Below the pieces are notes generated by a model. The model worked only from the letters and a program-made list of their open reading frames with translations. It did no database searches and was not told the DNA's origin. This document shows positions 9,212 through 17,082 of a stretch of DNA of 17,431 nucleotides, piece after piece. The DNA is from a virus. Taxonomy: Duplodnaviria; Heunggongvirae; Uroviricota; Caudoviricetes. The number at the start of each line of letters is the position of its first letter. The stretch's first letter is position 1. A program made the translations under genes and the position numbers. Location of the stretch: IMG/VR virus record IMGVR_UViG_2541047898_000005, positions 1 to 17,431 of that record, one strand, 5' to 3'.

Positions 9212-9786
9212 CAAACGATGATTACATCCGTCTGTTGTCGGCGCTGCTGCCGCCCGGTCCGGCGTGGTCAGCCAGCGATCCGGCGATTGCCGGTGCGGCA
9301 CCGTCATTAACCCGCGTTCATCAGCGTGCGGATGCCCTGATGCGGGAGCTGGATCCGCGCACCACCACCGAACTGATAAATCGCTGGGAGCGTCTGTGCG
9401 GCCTGCCGGATGAATGTAATCCCGCAGGGACACAGACCCTTCGCCAGCGTCAGCAACGGCTGGATGCGAAGGTTAACCTGGCGGGTGGCATCAACGAGGA
9501 TTTTTATCTTGCACAGCTCGCTGCCCTGGGCAGACCAGATGCCGCCATCACGCGATACGACAAAAGCACGTTCACCTGCTCATCAGCCTGCACTGACGCT
9601 GTGAATGCGCCGGAATGGCGGTATTACTGGCAGGTCAACATGCCAGCCGCCACCAACACCACCTGGATGACATGTGGCGATCCCTGTGATTCCGCACTGC
9701 GTATCTGGGGGGACACCGTTGTCGAGTGTGTGCTTAACAAACTCTGCCCGTCGCATACCTACGTAATTTTTAAATATCCGGAGTAA
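9202..9786 (+). CDS. Tail/baseplate protein, Mu gp48 / P2 gpI-like (YmfQ-like)
   Basis: 194-aa ORF immediately upstream of the tail-fibre gene; same length and position as the e14 ymfQ product as I recall it. Confidence 0.55.
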   Translation: MDVTNDDYIRLLSALLPPGPAWSASDPAIAGAAPSLTRVHQRADALMRELDPRTTTELINRWERLCGLPDECNPAGTQTLRQRQQRLDAKVNLAGGINEDFYLAQLAALGRPDAAITRYDKSTFTCSSACTDAVNAPEWRYYWQVNMPAATNTTWMTCGDPCDSALRIWGDTVVECVLNKLCPSHTYVIFKYPE

Positions 9787-9789
9787 TCC

Positions 9790-10293
9790 ATGCATCGTAT
9801 AGACACGAAAACCGCGCAGAAGGATAAGTTCGGCGCGGGTAAGAACGGTTTTACCCGTGGTAACCCCCAGACCGGCACGCCTGCCACCGATCTGGATGAT
9901 GACTACTTTGACATGTTGCAGGAGGAGCTTTGCAGCGTTGTGGAGGCATCCGGTGCCAGCCTGGAGAAGGGGCGGCACGACCAGTTGCTTACCGCGCTTC
10001 GTGCGCTGCTGTTAAGCCGCAAGAATCCGTTTGGCGATATCAAATCGGATGGCACGGTGAAAACGGCTCTCGAAAACCTTGGTTTGGGAGAAGCGGCTAA
10101 ACGAAATGTGGGAGCACCTGATCATCGGATTCCAGACATATCTGCATCAGGCTCTGGCAAATACAACTGTGAGGTATCTTGTGCTCAAAATGACCCAGAG
10201 TTGTCAAAGGATTTTCCTGGGAAGGAATCAACTGAATCAAGAGGTAATTTTATTATTGGATGTGATGACGGCGCAGGGGTTGATACAGGCTGA
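9790..10293 (+). CDS. Tail fibre protein: constant N-terminal part (9790-10096) fused to the currently expressed variable C-terminal cassette (10097-10293)
   Basis: ORF runs across the left inverted repeat into the invertible segment. The post-repeat C-terminus resembles the minus-strand cassette at the other end (GEAAKR...SGKYN...ESRG(N/K)F). Confidence 0.6.
   Translation: MHRIDTKTAQKDKFGAGKNGFTRGNPQTGTPATDLDDDYFDMLQEELCSVVEASGASLEKGRHDQLLTALRALLLSRKNPFGDIKSDGTVKTALENLGLGEAAKRNVGAPDHRIPDISASGSGKYNCEVSCAQNDPELSKDFPGKESTESRGNFIIGCDDGAGVDTG
10079..10096. repeat. Left inverted repeat / putative recombination crossover site of the invertible segment (ttggtttgggagaagcgg)
   Basis: Perfect 18-bp inverted repeat with 11911-11928, lying inside the tail-fibre ORF and next to a Gin/Pin-family invertase gene. 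Confidence 0.85.
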
Positions 10294-10997
10294 TGTTCAG
10301 TGGGTACTCAAGCCGCAGCGCCGGCCTAGAAACTTATTCCGTTTGTGGCAACCAAGGGATAAGAATCAATAGAAGTATCAGACCGGGCGGCTATGTATAG
10401 AAGAGTAAATATGGAAATAGGAGGATTTTATGCATCAGCAGACTTAGGGCGCCTGGGCCAATCACTGACACGTTATTAATTAAGAAAACACTTTAATACT
10501 GGCTGGAACGAGGCCTGTTGATGCATTAGTTCATCTAGCTGAAATGTGAGTGATATATATGGGAGAACGCCGAATAGGAAAGAGCCCAGATTGCTAGGAA
10601 GATGGTTAACATAACTGGCTATAAATACCTCGGTGATACGAGGGAGAATTTATTTACAAGGACTGATCAGATAGCAATGGGTGTCGGAACTCGACCAAAT
10701 TCCTCTTTAACCGTAAATAGTAGCCCGGTGACTGGGTTAATGATTTGCCGATAGGTGAGGAACAGGCCCTGTATATATTTTGCCTACAATAGCGGTGGGA
10801 ACGTGTGCAGGATGATAATGGCGGGGGCCAAGAAAATGACTGCCCTAGGCGACTGGCCGTAAAGGCCAACTGCCGTCCGCCGGGGAGCTCGTAACTGTAA
10901 CTGGCATCGCGTAAAAGTGATCACGGACAGTGTTAAGTATGATTGTGCCGGAGTAGGTCCGGCTGAGTCCCGGCTGCAGTCACTGTTTAATCCGGCT

Positions 10998-11009
10998 GAG
11001 GGTACCCTC
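10998..11009. repeat. Perfect 12-bp palindrome gagggtaccctc at the exact centre of the invertible segment
   Basis: Symmetry axis falls between 11003 and 11004, which equals (10079+11928)/2. Confidence 0.9.
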
Positions 11010-11644
11010 TGTTTCATCCAACTGAGATTGGAGCTCTGCTTTAAACGCTCCTACGCCGGAACCGTCTTATTTCTCAGTGTCTTGCACCAAATTTACGCCG
11101 TCACAGTAACAGAATCCCGTTAACCGCCGGATAGCGGTTGTACTGAACGGCCAGTGGCGTAGGCCTTTCATTACTTTGCCATCCCGCGGTTTGAAGCTAC
11201 ACACGTGCCTACCGAGATGGTCTCACAAAATTTCATTGCATTTGAACCCCACAGAACAGCCGACTATAAGAGGCGCCATCGGTCTACTGTTAGCGTCTAA
11301 AGAGTTAGATGCCCGGATACCTACATACTCGCCTAGATGATTCGTTGATGTAGATATATATTCCCTCTGATCGTGGACGTATTTATAGACAGGTGGGTAC
11401 CCCGCTTTCCTATTAAACTCGTCTTTTCTCTATACGGCGTTATCCAATATATTGTACAGAAAATACATTTAGATGCACTATTTCATGGGCGGGTCACGCT
11501 CCATTCACTACATCAGATTTTCTCACATTAACGGAGTGAAGGTCATTTGATGAGAGTCACTAAGGAAGTGGATTCATCAAGCCTCCTTCCTTGGGTATAC
11601 GTAGTTCTAAACATACCAGTTCGTGCCGATTCTTCTTTTGTGTC

Positions 11645-11928
11645 TTACGTATCTTTTGTGATAACCGCCTTACGGTGCTTGGCCGGCGCACCGGCTAGTG
11701 TACTCTCTGAAAATCGTCCTCTATCAATAACTGCCCCGGCAGCCAAGGCAAGAGGAAACTTACCGCGAGATTCGTGAGATTTCGCTCTTTGATCATCCTT
11801 CGCAAACTTCGGGTATATATCACCACTAAGTAACTGAAAGTTGTATTTGCCAGATCGAAATGGAGATATAGCTGAAATCTGTTGATCAGGTATTCCAACA
11901 GTTCGTTTTGCCGCTTCTCCCAAACCAA
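11645..11928 (-). CDS. Alternative tail-fibre variable C-terminal cassette (promoterless; would fuse to the constant part after inversion)
   Basis: Minus-strand frame open from the right inverted repeat to a stop at 11645, encoding GEAAKRTVGIPDQQISAISPFRSGKYNF...ESRGKF..., parallel to the plus-strand cassette. Confidence 0.45.
11911..11928. repeat. Right inverted repeat / putative recombination crossover site (reverse complement of 10079-10096)
   Basis: ccgcttctcccaaaccaa is the exact reverse complement of ttggtttgggagaagcgg. Confidence 0.85.
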
Positions 11929-11994
11929 CGTTTATGAAAATGAAGAAATAACAAGCAAATGGCATCATTCCTGCTTTTACCAGGGGGATTTAAC

Positions 11995-12549
11995 ATGCTT
12001 ATTGGCTATGTACGTGTATCAACAAATGACCAGAATACCGATCTACAACGTAATGCGCTGAACTGTGCAGGATGTGAGCTGATTTTTGAAGACAAGATAA
12101 GCGGTACAAAGTCCGACAGACCAGGACTGAAAAAGCTGCTCAGGACATTATCGGCAGGTGACACGCTGGTGGTCTGGAAACTGGACCGACTGGGGCGCAG
12201 TATGCGGCATCTTGTCGTGCTGGTGGAGGAGTTGCGCGAACGAGGCATCAACTTTCGTAGTCTGACGGATTCAATTGATACCAGTACCCCAATGGGGCGC
12301 TTTTTCTTTCATGTGATGGGTGCCCTGGCTGAAATGGAGCGTGAACTGATTGTTGAACGAACAAAAGCTGGACTGGAAGCTGCTCGCGCACAGGGACGAA
12401 TTGGTGGACGTCGCCCCAAACTTACACCAGAACAATGGGAGCAGGCCGGACGATTAATTGCAGCAGGAATTCCTCGCCAGAAGGTAGCGATCATCTATGA
12501 TGTTGGTGTATCGACACTGTATAAGATGTTTCCGGTCGGAGATAAATGA
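11995..12549 (+). CDS. pin: Site-specific DNA invertase, serine recombinase of the Gin/Hin/Pin/Cin family
   Basis: 184-aa product beginning MLIGYVRVSTNDQNTDLQRNAL... with the catalytic Ser in the YVRVST motif, ...VVWKLDRLGRSM..., and a C-terminal HTH-like region (GIPRQKVAIIYDVGVSTLYK). It matches the Gin/PinE sequences I remember closely. GGGGGA Shine-Dalgarno 6 nt upstream. The track's upstream Met (11959) is probably not the start. Confidence 0.9.
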   Translation: MLIGYVRVSTNDQNTDLQRNALNCAGCELIFEDKISGTKSDRPGLKKLLRTLSAGDTLVVWKLDRLGRSMRHLVVLVEELRERGINFRSLTDSIDTSTPMGRFFFHVMGALAEMERELIVERTKAGLEAARAQGRIGGRRPKLTPEQWEQAGRLIAAGIPRQKVAIIYDVGVSTLYKMFPVGDK

Positions 12550-12716
12550 AACCGCAGGCTCGTCGTATGCAAGAACGTGCTGCGGCTGGCTGGTGAACTT
12601 CCGATAGTGCGAGTATTGAATGATTTACAGCCGTTATTGATTTTACATATTTTTTGTATGAAAGGATTAGCGCCTCCTCCCACCGATCCTCCATGACTTT
12701 ACGCCACTGTCTCTCG

Positions 12717-12741
12717 GACTGCTATGTGCCAGGAGCGGATG
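12717..12741. repeat. Junction motif copy A (ggactgctatgtgccaggagcggatg)
   Basis: Shares gct(a/c)tgtg(c/t)caggagcgga(t/c)g with the copy at 14257-14281; located between pin and the first cargo gene. Confidence 0.5.
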
Positions 12742-12792
12742 CGACCCATCGGCATGTTTTAGTCGTCGCAAGCAAATCATAACGGTTAATTG

Positions 12793-12822
12793 TTGAGTAG
12801 ATTTTTCATGTCAATTTATATT
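12793..12822 (+). promoter_or_regulatory. Possible sigma70 promoter for the 432-aa cargo gene (TTGAGT, 18 nt, TATATT)
   Basis: Weak hexamer matches in an AT-rich leader; AAGGAAG Shine-Dalgarno before the ATG at 12882. Low confidence. Confidence 0.2.
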
Positions 12823-12881
12823 ATTGTAGATAAGTCTGATAAAAATTTCAGTCACATCCTCTTGGATAATAAGGAAGTTAT

Positions 12882-14180
12882 ATGAAAGCTCGTTTAATAC
12901 CACCGTACGAAAACTACACTGGCAATGTTTTATGGCGAAAAGAGGATTTTATTAATAAAGTCGACGATATCTCAACATCTCTAAAAAAGTTAAGAGATAT
13001 GGGATATTGGGCCAGTGCCTATCCTGAAGGAGATGGCATTACATTTAAATATACCAAGGATAGTTATCAAAAAAGCAGTATCGAAATTCTAGAAGACTTC
13101 TCAATATGCTTTGAGTGGGTAGAAATAGAGTTAGCTAAATCAAGAAGCTCTAACCTAGAATTAGCTGAATTAGAGGGTAAAAACAAAAATATGGAGTGCA
13201 TAGTTATTGTGCCGATTGAGAAGATTTTCATTCAGGAAACCATCGAGATCGGAAAGTATATTTTTTATTGCGGAAGACAATTTGATGAAGAGTCACATAA
13301 GCGATTATCAGAGCAAGATGGTTCGTATATACAGTTTAACTGTGACCTACCATATATTGATTTATTAAAACTTAATTCAAGCATTGATCATAACAGCCAT
13401 GTTATAAACATGTGTTTATCTATAGCTGAATATGCGCTTGATTTAGTCAGATTTTCTCACAGCTCATTTACACGTATGGAATATACCCCTAATCCTGCAG
13501 GTCAACGCTCTGACGGATTTTATGATGTAGAAATCATTCCTCGTGAGAGGACTCATCTTAAACCAATTAAGATAAGTGGAATATCAAGACCCCTTGCTGT
13601 GAGTAATAATTGGCTAGGCCCTCAGGTTGACAGCTTGTATTACCCTGGGTTGCAATATTTATCTTCTATCTACGATGGAGTCGTTGAAAATGAACTTTCA
13701 AAATTAGTTAGCTCCGTAGTTAGGGCATGTAGGCAATCTTTTTATTCAATTGGCGCGGAATCACAATTTCTAAACCTAGTCTTTGCACTTGATGGTCTTG
13801 CTAATATTGACCCAAATTGGAAAGGATGGAAGCAAAGGACCTACATTGCAGCACTTACATGTAATAACTCACTAATCAAATTTAAGAAAAACCTAGAAGT
13901 TTATGACGAGTTATATACTGACGTAAGAAACAAGCTTGTTCATGATGGTAAAGATTTTTACGAACTTAACGTCAACGCGAACGAATCCTCTGAACAAATC
14001 TTTAAGTATATTAAGATAATTATAATACTCATCGAAAGTAACGGCTTTTCCACTTTGCAAGAATTGAGAGATTATGCAGTTCACCTACTTCAGCAGGAGG
14101 ATTATAGAACTGCTTCTGTTGAGATAATTGACAAAGTATCTCTTTTAAGAGGAAAAAAACCTAATTATCCTTCATGGTGA
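12882..14180 (+). CDS. Hypothetical cargo protein with a C-terminal HEPN-like R-x4-H motif (candidate abortive-infection RNase)
   Basis: 432-aa AT-rich ORF with a strong Shine-Dalgarno. Motif DVRNKLVHDG fits the HEPN R-[NQ]-x3-H signature, about 90 residues from the C-terminus in a predicted helical region. Family assignment is inference. Confidence 0.45.
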   Translation: MKARLIPPYENYTGNVLWRKEDFINKVDDISTSLKKLRDMGYWASAYPEGDGITFKYTKDSYQKSSIEILEDFSICFEWVEIELAKSRSSNLELAELEGKNKNMECIVIVPIEKIFIQETIEIGKYIFYCGRQFDEESHKRLSEQDGSYIQFNCDLPYIDLLKLNSSIDHNSHVINMCLSIAEYALDLVRFSHSSFTRMEYTPNPAGQRSDGFYDVEIIPRERTHLKPIKISGISRPLAVSNNWLGPQVDSLYYPGLQYLSSIYDGVVENELSKLVSSVVRACRQSFYSIGAESQFLNLVFALDGLANIDPNWKGWKQRTYIAALTCNNSLIKFKKNLEVYDELYTDVRNKLVHDGKDFYELNVNANESSEQIFKYIKIIIILIESNGFSTLQELRDYAVHLLQQEDYRTASVEIIDKVSLLRGKKPNYPSW

Positions 14181-14256
14181 TTAAATCAACGTGCTAATTA
14201 ATTTTTAATATAACTTCTGCTCCTCGCTCTCAGCGGACCTTCAGCTCAGTGATATC

Positions 14257-14281
14257 GTCCGCTCTGTGTCAGGAGCGGACG
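14257..14281. repeat. Junction motif copy B, forming a hairpin (stem GTCCGCTC/GAGCGGAC, loop tgtgtcag) between convergent cargo genes
   Basis: 8-bp perfect stem read from the sequence; no U-tract, so not a canonical intrinsic terminator. Left half matches copy C, right half matches copy A. Confidence 0.5.
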
Positions 14282-14373
14282 TTACTGACATCACAATGTG
14301 TTAATCAATGGAGAGCAGGTCACCATAATGTCATGGGTATCGCTGGTGATATGATCGCAATACACGACAATTA

Positions 14374-15063
14374 TTATTTAATTATTTTAAAAAGTTCATT
14401 GTAGCTACAACCTTTGAATATTTCGAACTGATCATGGTAATTTGAATAAGCGCTTGCCATCATTCCGATATAACTATCCCATGATGACTCAGAAACTACC
14501 ATTTCACCACGCTCTAATTCATCAATTAAAATATAAATGATATTAAATTGTGCAACAAGAGCAGTGTAGGTGGTGATGAGATTATTTAGAAGGTCTGAAT
14601 GATTAGGTTTGATTTTCCACAAACCAAAACTATCCCGAATTGCAACTAATTCGAATCGTAAATCTTTTGACTCAGAAAGTAACTCCCTCCCACTTGTAGT
14701 GAGATGCTTGTAGAGTATGGGGTTCTCACTTTTTATTCTTGGCTGTATAGAAATAAGTGATTGATAACATTGATGATTTAAGTCCTTTGATCGAAACATG
14801 CTGTCGATGAACAATGTAGTTCTCTCGAAAGCCTTTTCTGATTTTTTGTTTTTAATCCATTCATTTACCCTTGTTAATGCATAAATCGCTAGTCCAAGTG
14901 TTATTGTTGAAACTGTTGCAGTAATTGTTGATGGTTCAATTTTTTTAAAAAACCAGATATCAATCCATGCAAAAGAGACTGAGCCGAGATACATAAACAA
15001 CATGTGACTCGCGAAGTATTCCCAAACACCTTTTAAATAGCTTTTCATGTAGATCCTTAACAT
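14374..15063 (-). CDS. Hypothetical membrane protein (two N-terminal TM helices plus a ~150-aa cytoplasmic domain); real start probably the internal Met at 15048
   Basis: AT-rich ORF. Hydrophobic segments MLFMYLGSVSFAWIDIWFF and ITATVSTITLGLAIYAL. The ATG whose reverse complement is at 15046-15048 has an AAGGA Shine-Dalgarno 5 nt upstream, whereas the first ATG has none. Confidence 0.5.
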   Translation of the reverse strand: MLRIYMKSYLKGVWEYFASHMLFMYLGSVSFAWIDIWFFKKIEPSTITATVSTITLGLAIYALTRVNEWIKNKKSEKAFERTTLFIDSMFRSKDLNHQCYQSLISIQPRIKSENPILYKHLTTSGRELLSESKDLRFELVAIRDSFGLWKIKPNHSDLLNNLITTYTALVAQFNIIYILIDELERGEMVVSESSWDSYIGMMASAYSNYHDQFEIFKGCSYNELFKIIK

Positions 15064-15217
15064 TTTCTTAATTATATTTTATGGTGGTATTTTTGTTAGT
15101 ATCGGTATGGATTAGAAATAGTTGATACTTTTATGCCCTGAGAGCATGAAAACTGGAAAAGCCTTGCTCATGATATAAATAGTGTTAGTTGCCACTGCTT
15201 TGGAAGTTATCCTTTAA

Positions 15218-15412
15218 ATGGGCTATCGGAAAGCCAGACTTCTAGCAGATGCTGAATCCGTGATTTTGCCGCTGGAGCGCGCTGTCAGGCTGAATATGGC
15301 AACAGATGAGGAGCGCAGTCGACTGGAGGCATGGGAACGCTACAGCGTTCTGGTCAGTCGTGTGGATCCTGCAAATCCTGAATGGCCGGAAATGCCGCAA
15401 GAAGTTGTATGA
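15218..15412 (+). CDS. Hypothetical small protein (64 aa; Glu/Arg-rich, predicted helical)
   Basis: ORF with normal (non-AT-rich) composition inside the 640-bp spacer between two cargo genes; no recognisable motif. May be a gene fragment. Confidence 0.25.
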   Translation: MGYRKARLLADAESVILPLERAVRLNMATDEERSRLEAWERYSVLVSRVDPANPEWPEMPQEVV

Positions 15413-15438
15413 GCTCTGGTGTGAGCTTACATATCTAT

Positions 15439-15478
15439 GGCACAGAGTAAAGCCTAATCTGACAGTCCGCTCTGTGCC
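15439..15478. repeat. Junction motif copy C within a 9-bp-stem hairpin (ggcacagag ... ctctgtgcc, 22-nt loop)
   Basis: Contains gtccgctctgtgcc, which shares 12 contiguous nt with copy B; lies between the membrane-protein gene and the RES-like gene. Confidence 0.5.
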
Positions 15479-15702
15479 GAAGCTAGCAAAGCCATGGTCC
15501 TTTCGCAGCAAGTTGCGTAAATAAGGCGTTTTTATCTCTTGAAGCATTCTACAAAGCCAACTCCTCGCTCAAACAGACGTGTCTGTTCAGCAATCTGCCC
15601 GCTTGGTATCAAGGGACGCCAGTAACGCGATACCGGGTGAATTCCTTCCTTAACTGCCCTCACATCATCTTTAATAATAGTTTACCCTGATATAACGGAT
15701 GA

Positions 15703-17082
15703 TCAGAAGTCAATCAGGTCATCGAATTTCTGAGGTGGCTCTTGTTTTCGAACGCTATCTCCCTGATGAATCTCCGTCTCACTTGTTTGGTATTTTACAC
15801 CAGTAATTTTATGATAAGTCATACTGTTGGTTTTCAACAGTAGTGCATCATTTTTGTCATGCGAGGATGAAAATGAACCCATATGTCTCGGTTTTATTTG
15901 TTCCTCAACTATCAACTGAATTTCCGGAACAAAAGCATACTGGTCATCTTCGATGTGTTCATACATCTCAACATTATATCGGCGAGATTTATCTGCGGCA
16001 TGCCTGACGCCGGAAGACTTATTAAACAGAACGACATTATATCCTGTCTCAGCATCCTCACCGTTGGCATCTACCTGGGTAGATTTAAAGCTGACACCAT
16101 CAAGCTTAAATTTATTTCGGTCACCTAGGTAATCGGCAACCACTTGGGTGATGAGGTAATCACTGTCCTGCCTTTTTCCAAAAGTAGGAAGCGTCAACTT
16201 ACGGGAAAGCGTACTGAAAAAAATCGCGCGCTCACTGGTTTTGCGAGTCTGAGGATCAAATTTACTACCTGAGCCGAAACTAATCGAGTCAAGGGCAGAA
16301 ATGTCCAGCACTTTTAGCTCGCGTAACGGTACAAAACAGGCCGTTACTACAATACTGCCGACGGGCGGCCTTACTTCAGCAATTGCCAAATTCACTGAGG
16401 TTGCACCGTAAAATACTGAAATCCCCTGTGCGTTCATACGGCCCGAGCGAGCCAAAGTTGTTGGGGGAGGTCCAAAATTTTTCTCGGGATGCTCCAAGGC
16501 TTGCTTTACTTCCTCTTGGTCCTCAAAAACCCTTGCACGAAAAAGATGAACCTCATCAGTCAGAGTTTTTATCGGTGAATTACTGTCTCTGTTTTTTAGT
16601 TTATCGATATCACTGAAAAGTGAATCTAGGAAATCATTAACTTCACGGTTAAAATATCGTGTTTCTTTCATAAGGGAGTCAGTGGCTTTACTCCAGGTAT
16701 GCGCAAGCTCTCCGCTATAGTGATTTATGTGCCGATAAAGAAACCCGTCATTATACCGGATGTAGTCATAATCGTTATGCGGATTATATTCATCACAAAG
16801 AAATTCATAAATATCTTCAGCTACGTCCCATTCGACGCCCAGTTCTCCGTAGATGACATCCTGCGCGCTATCACCGCGCCCGGAATCATAGATATCCTCA
16901 TATATATCATAGTAGTACTCAAAAACCTCATTCATCATCTTGAGAATATATTTGAGGTGGATGTTTTTACGCTTCCTTTTGCAGTAAGAGCAAATCTGAA
17001 AATTATTTCCAGTTTTTATTATATGCTGCATGACATATTTATCGTTCACGCATTTATGACAAATATACTTATCTTCCCACAT
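15703..17082 (-). CDS. RES-domain-like protein with an N-terminal Cys4 zinc-ribbon-like motif (candidate NAD+-targeting effector)
   Basis: 459-aa AT-rich ORF. N-terminus has CHKC...CSYC. Central segment LFRARV...(~25 aa)...ARSGRMNAQGISVFYGATSVNLAIAEV...(later) VSFKS...YNVVLF fits my memory of the RES (Arg-Glu-Ser) core, G-R-x-N...G...Y.A......A..E. No HMM search run. Confidence 0.55.
   Translation of the reverse strand: MWEDKYICHKCVNDKYVMQHIIKTGNNFQICSYCKRKRKNIHLKYILKMMNEVFEYYYDIYEDIYDSGRGDSAQDVIYGELGVEWDVAEDIYEFLCDEYNPHNDYDYIRYNDGFLYRHINHYSGELAHTWSKATDSLMKETRYFNREVNDFLDSLFSDIDKLKNRDSNSPIKTLTDEVHLFRARVFEDQEEVKQALEHPEKNFGPPPTTLARSGRMNAQGISVFYGATSVNLAIAEVRPPVGSIVVTACFVPLRELKVLDISALDSISFGSGSKFDPQTRKTSERAIFFSTLSRKLTLPTFGKRQDSDYLITQVVADYLGDRNKFKLDGVSFKSTQVDANGEDAETGYNVVLFNKSSGVRHAADKSRRYNVEMYEHIEDDQYAFVPEIQLIVEEQIKPRHMGSFSSSHDKNDALLLKTNSMTYHKITGVKYQTSETEIHQGDSVRKQEPPQKFDDLIDF

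Larger units (their letters stand above)
10079..11928. mobile_element. Invertible DNA segment (e14 P-region / Mu G-segment type), here an imperfect palindrome with no intact internal genes
   Basis: Bounded by perfect inverted repeats, adjacent invertase, tail-fibre ORF crossing the left boundary. Arms align in register at the ends, at 10501-10560 versus 11447-11506, and at the centre. Confidence 0.7.

Noticed and set aside
10079-10372. Alternate-frame ORFs starting MVWEKR at both ends of the invertible segment (10079-10372 + and 11695-11928 -)
   Set aside because: Their mutual similarity is explained by the palindromic DNA itself. They start inside the recombination site and lack Shine-Dalgarno sequences. 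Treated as non-coding, although dual coding cannot be strictly excluded without conservation data.
11959-11994. Upstream extension of the invertase ORF (MASFLLLPGGFN)
   Set aside because: Gin/Hin/Pin invertases begin at the conserved MLIGYVRVST; the ATG at 11995 has a good Shine-Dalgarno and gives the expected 184 aa.
12550-12600. Possible terminator hairpin after the invertase gene (ccgcag ... ctgcgg)
   Set aside because: Loop of about 22 nt and no downstream T-run; too weak to call.
12006-12694. Minus-strand ORFs overlapping the invertase gene and its 3' flank (12006-12251, 12309-12494, 12491-12694, 12495-12683)
   Set aside because: Antisense to a highly conserved gene or lying in an intergenic leader; no translation signals.
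14257-14280. Hairpin between convergent cargo genes as an intrinsic terminator
   Set aside because: The stem is good, but it is followed by gttactgac rather than a U-tract on either strand, so I reported it as a repeat or structural element rather than a terminator.
15242-15547. 101-aa minus-strand ORF in the spacer
   Set aside because: Cys/His/Arg-rich low-complexity translation overlapping the more protein-like + strand ORF 15218-15412; no Shine-Dalgarno.
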